Positions 22,811 to 36,540 of a stretch of 64,000 nucleotides of DNA are shown here, in pieces (position 1 is the first letter of the stretch; each line of letters opens with the position of its first letter). A program made the translations under genes and the position numbers. Source of the DNA: Camelus ferus (lineage: Eukaryota); contig NC_045714.1 in assembly GCF_009834535.1 (NCBI RefSeq), positions 7,378,001-7,442,000 on the forward strand. The letters run 5' to 3'. The notes below the pieces were generated by a model. It was not told the DNA's origin. It worked only from the letters and a program-made list of their open reading frames with translations, and ran no database searches.

Positions 22811-23169
22811 TTGTTGTTATGATTATATTTTATTTCTCTATGAGCTGATATCATTATTAGTTGAGCTGTGGGCAAACCCTGGTATTATGGGGAATTGAAA
22901 AATAAGCCTTCTCTTATTCCTGAACTGGGCTGGCTTCGTTATATCAACCCTGGAGTTGCCTGAATAGACAACAGCTCCTGCTAGTTAATTATTGTCAGAT
23001 GGATGGGCAGCCGACCAGCTATTCTAAAACTATTATTTTTGGCAGACGTTCCTCAACATTTTCCTGGTGTATAAATAATGATCCCATACAAGAAGTCACT
23101 TCCTTTAGTTTCTTTGGTGTACCTTTCACAAACGGTTTGTTTTGGCGGATCCTCTGGGAAGTTGCATTA

Positions 23170-23460
23170 TCACAGCTACAGGTGGTTTATTAAGATTTCA
23201 TTTTGGTTGAGGAGGGCACCTGGTTACGTCTGCCTTAAATATTTTTGAGGCTGCAAAGATTTGGGAAATGCTAGATTCTCTTGGGTCTTGACTGTCTATT
23301 CTGTATCTTGGGACAGATTCAAAACACATTTCTGGGTTAAATCTTAGAATTCTGGCTTTGGGACTGGATTGTTCTAGCTTCTTTTTAGTTCCTGTCTTCG
23401 TCTCAGCTCCTCTAACACTCCAAGAATAGTGTCTGGTCGCCAGGGTTGTAATGGAACCAA
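23170..23460 (-). other. Candidate terminal exon of an unidentified gene
   Basis: ttctctctctcgccAG acceptor at 23461; frame open to TGA 23200-23198; AATAAA at 23191-23186; unique sequence. Confidence 0.3.
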
Positions 23461-24149
23461 CTGGCGAGAGAGAGAATTTTAAAGTGCTATCAACAAGGAG
23501 AGTATCACAGAATAAGGACACCTGGAGAAAGGGAAGGTGGTGCTTGGGGGAGGGACCTTGGATGCTGGGGGCCCCCTCATCACTTTTATGGGGACAACAG
23601 ATAAAAGGGTGGAGTCAGAGGGTTGCTTAATGGTTGGGTACGTGTCCTCAGGGGTCAAGAATTCCCTCCCAGCAGTGGGCTGTATCCATTAGCCTGGAGG
23701 TCTGCCTGGGTTTTCAGAGACCCAGTATGACTTTGGCTTAAACAAGAGAGCAATTCATTTTCCTCTAAGCCTGGGGCTGGTGTGGCAATCCCACAGTATC
23801 TGTCACCCACATACCTTCTTTCTTATTCTTCCTGCATTACTCGGGCAACTTCCTTGTCTTTCTGGCTCAAAATGGTTCACCACCATGTCCACATTTCTGC
23901 CAGTGGGGAGAAGTAAATGGAAAGCAGTGGGCAAAGCCATTCCTTTCAAGGTCATGACCTAGAATTTGTACAAATCACTTCTACTCACAGCCCTTAACAG
24001 ACTTTTATCAAGTACCTTGATCCTAGGCACCATGAGTAACACATATTGAATTTCCACCTCTGGTATGGAAGGTCAGCTAGCATTTTTCAGGGAGTATATT
24101 CTTGTTTCTTAGCCAATGAATGTTTATCACATTTTGAGAAAAACAACGT

Positions 24150-24895
24150 CATATATTCAGTGTTATGTGTGAAGAAATGAGCTGAGTGCTGAAGCGGCAG
24201 CAACAGACAGCTGGACAAGGTCCTCCCCTCATGGAACTTAGAGTCTTCTGATAAACAGCAGTGAGCAAGAAAATGAGAAAATTTAAAAAGAGATGACAAA
24301 CTGTGGCAAGTGTTTTGAAAGAAAAAATCTGAATGTTTATACAGAAAATAATTGGAAAGGATATCCTTTCAACAGATGGCAGCCAACGCTCTCTGAGAAG
24401 GTGTCATTGTAGGTGTCATTGATCCCTCAGAAGGAGTGAGCCAAGTAAAATGAAGGGGAGAGAATAAGACAAAATGAGGACTAAATAAATCCTGCTATTG
24501 GAGACTTATACAGCAGTGAAAAAGGAAAGAGCCACAGCTACATGCAACAATGTGGATGAATCCTACAACTGAGTGATAAAAACATATTGCTTACATACAG
24601 TAGGGTATTGTTTTTATTAAACACAATCAAAACTAAGTAACATGTCATTTAGAGATGCATATGTATGTGATAAAACTAAAAGCAAAAAGGAAAGGAGAAT
24701 GATAAACACAAAATGCAGGACATTGTATATCTGAAAGGGAGAGGGAGAGAGGAAATAAGAGTATATTCAAGGTCATGTTTCAGCTTTAAAGTTAGGTGGC
24801 ACATCCATGGAAGCTTTGTTATGCTTCCTAAATTATATATGTGTTGAATCTATTTTTAATATATCAAATATTGCCTAATATAAGACATTTTTAAA
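24150..24895. mobile_element. L2 fragment (minus, about 24150-24470) followed by an L1ME 3' end (plus, about 24495-24895)
   Basis: caaggtcctcccctcatggaacttagagtc... ctctctgagaaggtgtcatt; then cagctacatgcaacaatgtggatgaatc... tttagagatgcatatgtatgtgataaaact. Confidence 0.6.
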
Positions 24896-25329
24896 AACAC
24901 AGGGTAGGGGCACAATTCAACAGCCTTCAGAATTCTGGCAGGCAGTGTAAAATGGTAAGGAGCTGGGAGGGTCTGTGGTGAACAGCAAAATACTTCCCTG
25001 CTGACCAGGGGCACCACCACTCAGCCCCAGCTCACAGTTACCACTCAGGCTTTCTGGCTTAATGCATCCGGGACTGCCGATTTTTCTAGGGAAGCATGAC
25101 ACCTGTATTTTTATGAGCAGTATCCCAATTTTTAAATGTTGGTAATGATTCCAAATTTTAACAACTCTGCAAGACACACAATACCTTTTGGGGAACATAT
25201 CGATCCTCTGAAAGAGGTATGTGGAGTTGAGTACCGACTTAGTGTCCATTTTCAAAGAAAATGCCTAAATTTATTTCTACCATATTCCCTGCTCTGGGGG
25301 CAGGCAGGCAGGCAGGCAGGTGACCCACC

Positions 25330-25620
25330 CTCTCTGTGTCTTCAGGGCGTGCTATTTCCAGCCCGTCGCTCTGCTCTTTTCCTCTGCATCTCTCATCTGC
25401 GAGCTTTCACCTCTAAGTTTGGAACGTGTGAAGGTGGTGTGAGAGCAGCTGAGACGGATGGGAGCGCCTTGGTCTGCGCCTCTGCCCCCAGAGCTTTCGC
25501 TCTGCGTGGCGCCCTCCCTCTGGCTTCCAGACCCAGCATCGCAGAGTATTTGCAACATCCCCCACCTCTCTCTAAAGGCCGTGGGGAGGAATGGGCTTTC
25601 CTGAGCTAAGATCACTGCTG
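25330..25620. promoter_or_regulatory. Small CpG-rich unique island (promoter, enhancer or first-exon candidate)
   Basis: About a dozen CpGs in under 300 bp against a CpG-depleted background; no repeat similarity recognised. Confidence 0.4.
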
Positions 25621-25776
25621 CTGGGAGATCTGTTTCATGCTGCACACTGTTGGGACTGAATGCTTTCCATGGAGGAATATATTTTTTTCTTTAGGAAATA
25701 AGAGTTTCAATTGTAAGGCACTATTTCTACTAACACCCACCCATGACATCGTTGGCTATTTGTTTTCTCATTAACA

Positions 25777-25977
25777 CAGCAGTTCTTAACTGGGGGCGAT
25801 TTTGTGCCCCCAGAGGATATTTGAAAATGGCTGGAGATATTTTTGGTTGTCACAGTTGGAGTGGGGGCACCTGGTAGAGACCAGGGATGCTATTAGACAT
25901 CCTGCAATGAAAAGGGAATCCGCTCTCCTCAAATTATGCAGCCCCAAATGTCAATAGTGCTGAGGCTGAGAACTATA
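25777..25977 (+). mobile_element. MER20
   Basis: cagcagttcttaactgggggcgattttgtgcccc... ccaaatgtcaatagtgctgaggctgagaac. Confidence 0.9.
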
Positions 25978-27818
25978 CTCTCCACTTTTACAACCCCCCC
26001 CCCCCCACTAAAAAACAACGGTAGGTAAAGCCATAGTCTGGGCCATTCCCTGTGAATTATGGAAGGTGTGTATATTTTTGGGGGCGGGGTGGTGGTGGTA
26101 TGGTGAGGGGTATAAGCAACATGAATTTACCAGGCATGCCCTTTAGCTAGAGCTGGGATTTGTGGCCAATATTTTGGTTTTTATTAAAGCATAATGCTCA
26201 CAAGCAGAAGGGGAGATTTGTTATTCTAAAGACAGTTGTACACCAAAGCATGCTATTGTATAATCTGGCATTTTCCCCACCAGGGAGCTATGGCACATTA
26301 CTCACAAGTGACAGAACCAACGAGCTTCATTTCCCAAAGGGCTGGTGCATCCATTTAAAGGGAGCAAGTACTATGCAGACCCGCCCCAGCCCCACCCCTA
26401 TGCAGAGAGCAGGGTGAAGGTGAGCATCTTTTCCATCATGGGCAGGATGAGCTAGGCCAGGATTTCATGCCCACCCCCACCCCAAAAAGGGATGAGTCAA
26501 GTCTAGTTGTGTTCTGATAGCAGGATCACAGTTGTAGGAGACAGGTGCCTGGATTTTATTCTAGGCTCCATCTCGATAAATGCTGTTAGGGAAGTCCTGG
26601 CTCTCTCTGTGCCTCAGTTTTCTGGAAGATCATGCCTCATGGGGCTAGAAGCCTGGGCTTTAGGGGTTCGTCAGGCTTGGTTCAGATGCAGGGTCAGCAC
26701 TTAACAGTGCATCTCCTTGGATCCTGACTTCTCTCAAAACCTCAATTTTCTCATCTAAAAAGTGGGGATAGTCATGCTTGTCTCATAGGCACACTGTGAG
26801 GATAAAAGAGGCAAGGATTTTAAAATACTCAGCACTTGCCAGGCAGGGAGCAAGGATCCAATAAATGTTTGCTACCAATGTACCATTCTAGTGTTCAGAT
26901 ATCCAATGAAGTCAACATGTCTTCCTTCTGTACCTCACAGAACAGCAGTGAATTGAAATGAGATCATGGATGGGAAAGCACATGGAAAATTTTTAAATAC
27001 CGTATCAATGTAATGTAATGAAATCAATGTAAATATCAGTGTTAATAGTTATATTGTTTATTGTGCTGATCCTAAGAAAATGGAACAGTTATCACCCACC
27101 ATAATTATAACTGATTAGATGTAGAAGGATATTAGAGTTGCTTTAGTTAAAACCTTTCATTTTACAAAAATGGAAGAAATTGTTAGAGGTGAAAGTTCCA
27201 CCAACTCCAGTCCAGTGCTCCTTACGCTCCTCATGAGGTTAATGCTGGTTATCATTTGGCAACCCAGATGAAATGTCCCTAGCTAATAGTCATAAGCCTT
27301 AGTTTATTCATCTCTAAAATGGGCATGATTGCAAAACCTAATTCCCAGAGCAGTATTGCAGAATGAGATCCTTCAGGTAAATGGCTGGTGCATTAAAACT
27401 CCTCCAGAAATGGGAATCATTGTCTTATTAATAATAGTAATGATGTATATACAAGCATCTCTCCCAGAATCTGACTTATTCTGGGGGCCGATATACATTC
27501 ACTTATCTGTTGGTAGTAAGAGTACCTCAGGACTCAGAGAAGCATTAGGGTGGGGCAGGGGGACTCTAGGTCCTCCTGAAGGATTCACCATCATACTGTC
27601 TGGTTCCTGCGCATCACAAGGAAGGTCCTGGACAAGCTAATGGCATCTTTTTGTAGCTTCAGAAACAAAGAAGGGTGTCCAGCTGGTCTAGAATGTTGAT
27701 AGTTGTAGAATTCTACAAGCCAAAAGCCTTGATGCTCATTTTATTTTGGACTTTGAGGACTTGTGAGCATTTAGGGTGAGCGGTGGGTCTTGGATCACAG
27801 GTTCAGATGACCCTACAA

Positions 27819-28141
27819 CAGTGGTTTTCAAACTTTGACCTGCATCAGAATCGTCTGGAGGACTTGTGAAAACACATGTTGTTAACCCCACCCCCTGGTG
27901 GATCTGGAGTGGAGCCCTGTATTTTGCATTTCTAGCAAGATCCCAGGTGAGGCTGATGCTGCTGGCTTAGGGAACACATTTCAGAGTCACTGTCCTAGAG
28001 CAGCATTTCCCAACCTAAGAGCGGTTGATATTTGGGGCTGGATGATTGTCCACTGCACTGTACGATGTTTAGCAGCATCTATGGCCTCTGCTTCCTGCAT
28101 GCCAGTGGTGACAACCAAACATCACTGGTAGAGAACTGCTG
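27819..28141. mobile_element. Adjacent MER5A (27819-27992) and MER20-type (28001-28141) MITEs
   Basis: cagtggttttcaaactttgacctgcatcagaatc...ttcagagtcactg; 8-bp spacer tcctagag; cagcatttcccaacc...gagaactgctg. Confidence 0.8.
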
Positions 28142-29924
28142 CTCCAGAGTAAATAACCTGGAAATTGATCCCAGTCATTCCTTGTAATCGTGGTACGACC
28201 GCAGTCGTGTGATTGTGCCTCTGCAAGCATTGGCTTCTTCATCTACTTAACGGATACAGGAATGCCCACCTCATAATGTTCAAGTAAGGCTTAAGAGATA
28301 ATACAGGTAGAGCATTTAACAGAGTGCCTGGGACACAGTGAGCAGTTAATACATGTTAGTTATTACTTTTAAGCCTTCTACATCTTATCCACTAAATGAA
28401 ATGGTGTGGGTTTTTGTTTGGTTTTTTTGTTTGTTTGGTTTTTTTTGTTTGTTTGTTTTTTTTGCCTATCAAAAACTTTTCACATAGAAAACTAGAAAAC
28501 ATCAGTTTGGGTGGTGGTTGAAGTGAAGAGTTTGCAGGCTCTCATCTGGAGCCAAGCAGCTTCTAGAAAACTGTATTAAAAAACGTCCATTCAGGCAGAG
28601 GACTCCAGTGTTCTGAACTAACATCCAGCTTTCATCTAGGGTAAATAGCCCCCAGTCCTTAGCTCAGATGTGACTGGCAACAACACCTATTCCAGCTTTG
28701 AGTCTGTCTCCTATTTATTTAGCTAAGGTTGGTGCAAGAAAGACCTCTTTCCATTTTTTAATCACTCACATTTTATTTGCCAACTTTGCTCTAGAAGTGA
28801 ACTTTAAAATCTGGAATGCTGCTGCATTATGAGCTTCCAAACAACTGCTGTTGAAGAGTGATATATGCTGGCACACACAGGGGATCATGGATTTTTCTTT
28901 GGCTGTCAGCTTTTGAAATTACCCAGCAATCCCAAAATGAATTTCCACTAATCTGACAGTTTTGCCTCTCCTGACGTGATGTACTGTATATTTAGTGGTC
29001 AGCAGGGACTACTTAATTGCAGTTAAGCCCATGCTGTTCACTGTGGCATTTAAAATAGAGCAGTATGTAATGTGGTTAAACTTTCTGACTCTCCAGGCCC
29101 AGATGGGTGGGTGGAACATAATGTTTTTTTGGAAACTTTCTACCTGGTAGCACTTACACTGAATTAAATTTAACTGGCTAGCAGCTTTAATTCATTTACT
29201 TTCAAGATTTATAAAGATTAGAATCAAAATGAAATTCAAATCCCCTTAGAAGGTAGAAGGGACTGGAATATCAGATAAAACTGATGTTGAGTTAAAGATG
29301 CATCAAAAACTCAAGAAAGGAAAAATACAATGATATAATACATAACACTTTTCGAGTACTTACCATATGCTTGACAGTTTTCAGGTATTATCTCATTTTA
29401 TTCTTAAAGCATTCCAAAGAAGTGGGGACAGTTTTTTTGGCCCCCATTTTACAGATGTGGAAACTGAGACTTAGAGAAGTTAAGTAACTGCCCAAGATGT
29501 GTGCCCAGATCTGTTTAATAACAATTTATATTCTTTAGCACTACACTAAATTCCCTAAAGATTAGACATGTTGGGTTTAAACTGCTTATTTTACAGGTGA
29601 GTAAACTGAGGTTCAGATACTTTAAAAGTGATTTGCTCAGAACTGCTACCCCAGACTTGCAAAATTAGCCTGGGGTTATTCATAAGTCTTATTTCTAATA
29701 GTAATGTAGTGCTTTGCAGCTTTGAAGTGCTATAACATCCATTGTCTCATATTTAATTTTGGTTTTCAAACAATTTTGTTGTATGAACTGATAACTCAAA
29801 AAGAATTTTGGCCAGTACTTTTCTTTTCTTTTCTTTTTTTCTGTAGTTGAATCTAATATATGTATCTGTAGTTTAGCCACAAAAATGCTCCTGAAAAGTA
29901 AAGACTTAAATGGATCAATACTAT

Positions 29925-30370
29925 TTCAGCAGATACTATGAAGCTTCTGTTAAGTGCCAGGCATCATTTCAGGTGCTGGAAATACAACAGGGAGTAAAAG
30001 CAGTCAAAAATTCCCTGCTCTAAGAGAGCTTACATTCTAGAGGGCAGAGGAAGATGACTGACTAGATAAAAAGCAAAATATATATAGTATGTCAGATGTT
30101 AAGTGGGAAGCCATGAAATAAAGCTGAGGAGAGGGAAAAGGAGCACTGGGGGAAGGAATTAACTTTTTAAGTAGAGAAGGTGATATTTGAACAAAGACAT
30201 AAATGTCGTGAAGAACAAGCTTTTAGAATATATGAGGAAGAGCGTTCTAGGCAGAGGGGATGACAAATGCAGAGCCTCTGAGCAGTAGGTATGGGAAGTA
30301 CTATGTTTAAGGAACAGTAAGGAGACCAAATGCATGAGAAGTTTGAATATTTTTTGTTCTTGTTCTCAAA
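29925..30370 (-). mobile_element. L2 fragment
   Basis: gtgccaggcatcatttcaggtgctggaaatacaacag... gagcgttctaggcagaggga. Confidence 0.75.
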
Positions 30371-30374
30371 GTAC

Positions 30375-31430
30375 ATTTTAAAAAATTGAGATATAATTGA
30401 TATTCAATTAATTGTACATATTAAAGTACATAATTTGATAAGTTTTTACACATGTATGTACTCATCAAACCATCATTAAAATCAGGATAATTTTATCATC
30501 CCCAGAAATTTCCTTGTGCCCCTTTGTACTCTCTCCTGTTTTCCTCATTGTTCCTTTACCCTCATCCCCATGAAACCATGACCTGCTTCTTGTTAATATA
30601 GTTTAGTTTGTATTTTATAGAATTTTATGTATATAGAATTATGCAGTGTGTACTCTTTTTTTTTTTTTTTTTTTGGTCTTAACTTCTTTCACTCATCATG
30701 ATAATTTTGAGATTCACTTGTGATATGTATCAGTAACTTCTTTTCATTGCCAAATAGTGTTTGAATATATGGATATTCCGTAGTTTATTCGTCCCATCAT
30801 TTGTCTGGGCCATTTTCAGTTTTGGAGGGACTACAGACAAAGCTCCGTAAACATTCAGGGACAAGTCTTTGTGTTGGCATATGCTTTTATTTCTCTTGAG
30901 AAGATACCTAGGATTGGAATGGCTGGATCATATGGCAGATGTCTATTTGACTTTTTAAGAAAATGCCAAACTGTTTTTCCAAAGTGCCTAGATCATTTTA
31001 CATTATCACCAGCTGTGTATGAGTTCTAAATATGGTCAGTTATATAATTTTAAAATAATTATGTAGTAGTCCTTCACTGAGGTCTTAATTTGTATTTTCC
31101 TAATGACTAGAGATACTGTACAATTTTTCATGTGCTTATTTGCCACCCTTCCATATATCTTCTTTGGTGACATATCTGTTCAAATCTTGTGCCCATTTTT
31201 TGTATTGGTCTGTTTATCTTCTGATTATTGAGTTTTGAATATTCTTAATGTAATCTGGATACAAGTCTTTTATTTGATGTACAATTTTCAAATATTTTCT
31301 CCCTATCAAAGGCTTGTCTTTTCAGTCTCCTGACAGCATTGTGCTTAATTCTGATCAAGGCAAATTTATCTGCTTTTTGTTTAATGTACTGTGCTTTTGG
31401 TATTGTATCTGAGAAATTTTTGCCTTTGAT
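30375..31430 (-). mobile_element. L1MB/MC-type 3' region with ORF2 remnant
   Basis: aattgagatataattgatattc... ; minus-strand remnant TIPKAQYIKQK.DKF...LKRQAFDREKIFENC.SNKRLVSR. Confidence 0.85.
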
Positions 31431-31874
31431 TATTTTCAAAAATTGATTTTCTCATCAAGTAAAAGAAATTGTCCTTTCAAGTTCCTGCAAGTATTTCCAT
31501 ATTACCTAGGCAACCAAGTTATTTATCAATAAAGTGACCACTTGTAATGATTTGTTGATGAAGACATAAAAATATTACTTTCAAAATCTGAATCTGCTTC
31601 CAAGACCTTACCCCTTTTATTACCAGCATAGCTGGGACCGATGGAAGAGGGAAGTTGTGATGTGGTGGGAAGGGCTCTGTGGCCTTGGCAGCAGAGACAT
31701 GGATTTTCCTCTCTGCTGTGCTGCTGATCAGAAGGTCATCTATGGACCAGTCATGTGCCCTTTTTCAGTTAGGTTTCCAGTTGTAAAATTATGGCGCTGT
31801 GCTAGATTGTCCTGTCTTCACTTCTCATCCTAACACTAATAAATGAGACGTTGACACTCAATTAATACACTCCA

Positions 31875-32073
31875 CAGGGCTTGGAACAGGGTAAGGCAAG
31901 AGATGTGTCTAGGGCATAAAGTCGAAGGAGAGGCTTACTATTCGGGTTGTATAAGTGTTAATCGTGCATTTTCAGAACCTGAGGAGGAAGCTCTTGCCTG
32001 ATTCTGAGAATGAGGCCTCCTTAAGTCCTATACCCTAAGTACCTCCTCCGGTCTCAGCCCAGTCCTGGCGCTG
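31875..32073. mobile_element. Decayed palindromic hAT-Tip100-type MITE
   Basis: Arms cagggcttggaacagggtaagg...tagggcataaagtcgaaggag and, reverse-complemented, cagcgccaggactgggctgag...tagggtataggacttaaggag. Confidence 0.6.
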
Positions 32074-32816
32074 ACCTTCAGTGAGAGAGGTTGCACAAGC
32101 GGTGGAGCTGGGATTTGAACTTGTCAATCTTATATTATTATTATTATTATTATATCATACTGGCTGGGTGCACATAGCCTAGAACTGATGGCAGTCATTT
32201 TTGTAAACTCACAGAATGAGTCTCAGTGAGAAGGTATGGACTAAGAGTCAGCGTTTCAACAATGGAATTTGAAGCCCCAGATCTAACCTTACCCAAAACC
32301 TGGAGTTGCCCATTGGATATGCCAACTGTGGGAATAAAATTTACTCTCTTTTTGGTTTAAGTGAGTATGAATTGAGTGTTTTCATTTAATTTTTTTTGTA
32401 TCAGAAATATTCCTGAAAAAACAAAACAAAACAGAAAGAAATATTTATGATTAGTATACAGTGTGACCTTGGGCAGGGCACTTCCGTTCTCTGGGACTCA
32501 ATTTTCTTATCTATAAAATGAGGGGTCTGTCAGCATTCTTTGGTTTCAGGTTATCTATAACATTTTTTCCAGCCTTCATCAACCTTATCTAAGCCTTTGT
32601 TTCCACAGAACAAAGCCATTTGAGGAAGGAAGACAAAATGTCATGGAATCCTACTGTTCATAGTTCAAATCCTGACTGCATTATACTTACCTTGTTCGTT
32701 TCCTGTCTCTCACTACTAGAATGTAAACTCCATGAGGGGAGGCAGTTTTGTCTGATTTTCTCACTGCTATTTTCTCAGGATCTTGAACTATGTCTGACCC
32801 AGAGTGTGGTTTCAAA

Positions 32817-32886
32817 ATATATAAATATATATATGTGTGTGTGTGTATATATGTATATATGTATATGTGTATATATACATGCACAC
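32817..32886. repeat. Compound (TA)n/(TG)n microsatellite
   Basis: atatataaatatatatatgtgtgtgtgtgtatatatgtatatatg... Confidence 0.85.
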
Positions 32887-34069
32887 ATTCTTGTACTTTT
32901 TATGGGCAGCAAGCTGTTTTGGGCACAACTTTCAAGCACTAGTTCTTATTCTAGTGGGGAAGTGTTTAGGATTGGTACCTGTCTCTATCTGCTTCATGAT
33001 TCTCTGCTTGGTTTTTGACTTTATGTTACAGGAAAAAAAAAAAAAACCCAAAAAACAGAAGGAGCAAGCTGAATATTCTCCAAATAAAACACAGGCTTTT
33101 AATGCTTCTTAAAGCCTGTAACATATGATCACCTCTCGACTCACAGTAAGCAGTTAAGTTCTTATGATGGATGGATTTCCAGTTTGAGATGATAGAAGAA
33201 AGGGCTATGTCTTAACTTCCTTCCTATTTTACTTATATTTCGATATCTTAGTGGAGCTATTACACGAAATTGATCCCCCCAGCTTTAGGAAACAGGATAT
33301 TGCTGACACTGTTATGTGCTATTATATAATGTACATTATTTGTCATTTTGTCATGACATCCAGCCCAAGCTTCTCTTTCGCTAATAAACCTCCATTTTGT
33401 TTTGGGTGGTAGTGGGCTTAGACTCAGGCAATAATCATGCCTATAATAGCTACAACTTAAGTATATCTTAACTGTTTCAGGCACTGTTGCAAGCCAGTAA
33501 CTTGAATTTACTCATTAAAATGTGAAGGCAGTGGATTAGAATTAAGATCATCCAGCCCCACCATTGCTGCCTCTGGCCTTCCATACAGCTAAGTGTGTGG
33601 CCACGGTGCTACCCTCTACCACAGTCAGACTGCTGGGAGCTTTTGAATCCTATCACCTGCTCCTGGCTGCATGATCTTGAGTAATTAGTTGTGAGAGGGC
33701 TCAGTTTCTTCATTTACTGAGAAGGAGGCAAAAATAAAACAGACCTCACAGGGTTTGTGTCAGAATTAAATGAGATAATACATGTGAAATTATAATAAGC
33801 CCCAAATATGGTAAGCCTTCATCAAATGTTAGCCTTTGCAATTATTCAAAATTAGCTGAGGGAAAGGGGAGGAAAAGGGAGCAGGCACAGAGTATTTCAT
33901 GATTTGGCAAATTTCTCTCTTGCATGTCACATGACTCTGGTAACTGGGGCCTTTGGATGCTCCTTGTTTTTCCAAGTGCTTGAACAAATCTGAAGCACTT
34001 TTGGAGCAAGATACAGACCCCATCTTTATGCTCTGTGAGTCTTTCTTTCAGATGGGTAAGCTTCTTTGA

Positions 34070-34490
34070 GGCTAAAATCAGAACAACCCAAATGTCTATC
34101 AACTGGTGAATGGATAGATAAAATGTGGTATATCCATGCAGTGGAATACTAGTTGTCCATAAAAAGAAAGTAAGTCCTCATACAGGCCACAGCTTGGATG
34201 AATCTCGAATACGTTGTGCTACGTAAGAGAAGCGAGACACAGGAGATAGTGTGTTGTATGATTCCATTTGTGTGGAGTATCTGGAAAAGGCAAATCCAAA
34301 AGAGACAGAAAGTAAGCTAGTTTTTGCTGAGGGTGGGAAAAGAGGTGAATTGTGAATGTGCGTTTGGGGTGTCAAAATATTCTATCAGTGGATTATGGGG
34401 AAAGTTGTGCAACTTGTTAAATTTATTAAACATCATTGAAATAGGTAAATTTCATGTTACATGAATTAGAACTCAGTAAACTTATTTTTA
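34070..34490 (+). mobile_element. L1MB 3' end
   Basis: caacccaaatgtctatcaactggtgaatggatagataaaatgtggtatatccatgcagtggaatact. Confidence 0.85.
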
Positions 34491-36407
34491 CGAAGATGCT
34501 TTGTGGCTGCATTAAATAAATTTTTGAGCTCCTAAATTTTTATAGCAAGCAGTTAATCCTGACTTTGAGACATTTGGTTCCTAGATCTGAGTCTTTGGCA
34601 AAGTCAAAGGGAACATTAGCAGCTTAGTTAAACTGAGAAGTAGCTTTGAATTAACTGGGAACACCTGGTATTTGAAAGGGATATTAGACATTTTGCATCA
34701 CTCTACTCCAAGATTTCTGACATCTCCCCATGTTACATACTTTGGACAGCATTATCTCATCTACCTACAGAAATCCCTTCTCTGAGTTACTGTTATGAAG
34801 ATTGTTGAGATAGAAATCCATATTGCTATATTTTGTTTTTAGTATAGCTATATTTGAAGACATTGGCTGTTCGATTGCTTGAGGTCCCTAAAAAATAGAT
34901 CCATGTGAACATTTCTTTGGGGCCATGAAAAATGAAAAACTTTTACTTCTGGTGCATTTGTATGTGTTGTCCTATGATGCAGTATGAGACATATATTTAA
35001 ATATGTTTTCCTTCTTATCTTTGCTATGAGGATCAGCAAAGTTAAAGAATCAGTGTAGCTACTGCTCTGATGTATGGTCATGTCTGTCTTATTGCTCTTT
35101 TAACTGTTTTTTTCCCTTCATGATTGCATATATAATTGTCTTACCTACAGTATGCCTAGTTTAGTAAGCTTCCTTATATTTTAGGCAAAAGATGGATTAC
35201 AAGTAAAAGTAATGAATGCATCATTTTGTACATTGTATATTATCCTTTTGTGGTTTTGAAATTGATCACCATGGGCAGCACTGTTTGCTGCTGTTGCTCT
35301 GACATACACATACATCTGTACCTGTGTGGATCTGTTTTGATGTCTAGATATAGATGTAAACATGAACCCTCAGCTGAAAAATTTGAGCATATCGTCAAAA
35401 GTTGTGGCTAGATTGAAATCTGCAGAAACGGGTCTTTAGAAAGGAAACATTGATACAAGGTAAATTTTCCCAGGAAGAACTAGGCAATATTTCTTCTGTT
35501 ATAAACCACAGAGCATTATAAGGGGGAGTTAAGTTTAGATTACTTTAAGATACTTGTAGCTGCGGTTCTGTGATTCAGAAACAATCGGTTCTTTAAAAAT
35601 TATTTCTCATGACCTCAACAGAACTTCAAGGACATCTAATGCCTAAGGAATCAGATCAAAGATGCCACTTGAAATTTCAAAATACAATGCTGAGATATTC
35701 CACGGTAGCCTTCTGGCAGCAGATACACGAGTTGCGTTTCTGTCTTTGAAAATCGGTCTTGCTGCCTCATAAAGAACAGTGTGAAATTGAACTTGCAATT
35801 AAAAAATAAGCTTCAGCTGTACCCCTCTCCCCACAGACTGCTCCCCACAACCAAACTGAGGGTCATCAAGAAACAGGAGGAAGAGAATTTTGTGAGATTT
35901 CAAAGATGCCTGGCAGGAACATTTCTTAATTGAGCCATGCTTTCGAGCTGCGTGGAATTGTTCTTATTAAAAATTAAGTAAGAACAGCAGAGAAGAACAT
36001 GGGCGGCTCTGTGAGATTAGAGCTTCATCAGATTTACTTAAAAGGCTTTCATTAGGCACTGGGGGCTCTGTAGCATATTAAAACCTCACCTGTACAAAAT
36101 ATGTGGTGCTCTGGCTTTTAACCCCCTTTCCTAAGAAGTATGAAACATTGGTACCTAAAACAAGAAGAGGAAGAGGCTGTGTTTACAGTGTTCATTGAGA
36201 TAAAGTGTTTATTTTCAGACTGTGAAATAATTAGCCATTTCACTCTTTTCTTCCCTCCCTCCCTCCATCTCTCCCTCCTTCTTCCCTGCCTTTGTTGATG
36301 CAGGTTTTTTCAGACCCCATCTGTGGGTTTTGTAGTTTATTTTGTTATTACTGTTTCTAAAAAAAAATCAATTTTCTGTCTTGGATGAATGGAGGAAAGG
36401 TTTTCAG

Positions 36408-36540
36408 CAGTGCTCCTCAAACTGTAATGTGCACATGAATCACCTGGGAGCTTTTTGAAATGCAGATTTTGATTCAGTAAGTCTTGGGTGGGACCTGAGG
36501 TGCTGCATGCTGCTGGTCCTTGGGCCGTTCTCGGATAGCA
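36408..36540 (+). mobile_element. MER5A-type MITE
   Basis: ctcctcaaactgtaatgtgcacatgaatcacctgggagc...gaaatgcagattttgattcagtaagtc. Confidence 0.75.

Noticed and set aside
25490-25530. CTCF site (GGGCGCCA core on the minus strand)
   Set aside because: The key upstream CC.C.AG positions mismatch
35560-35800. Plus-strand exon-like stretch (ELQGHLMPKESDQ...)
   Set aside because: Weak donor, no recognisable homolog, and expected by chance
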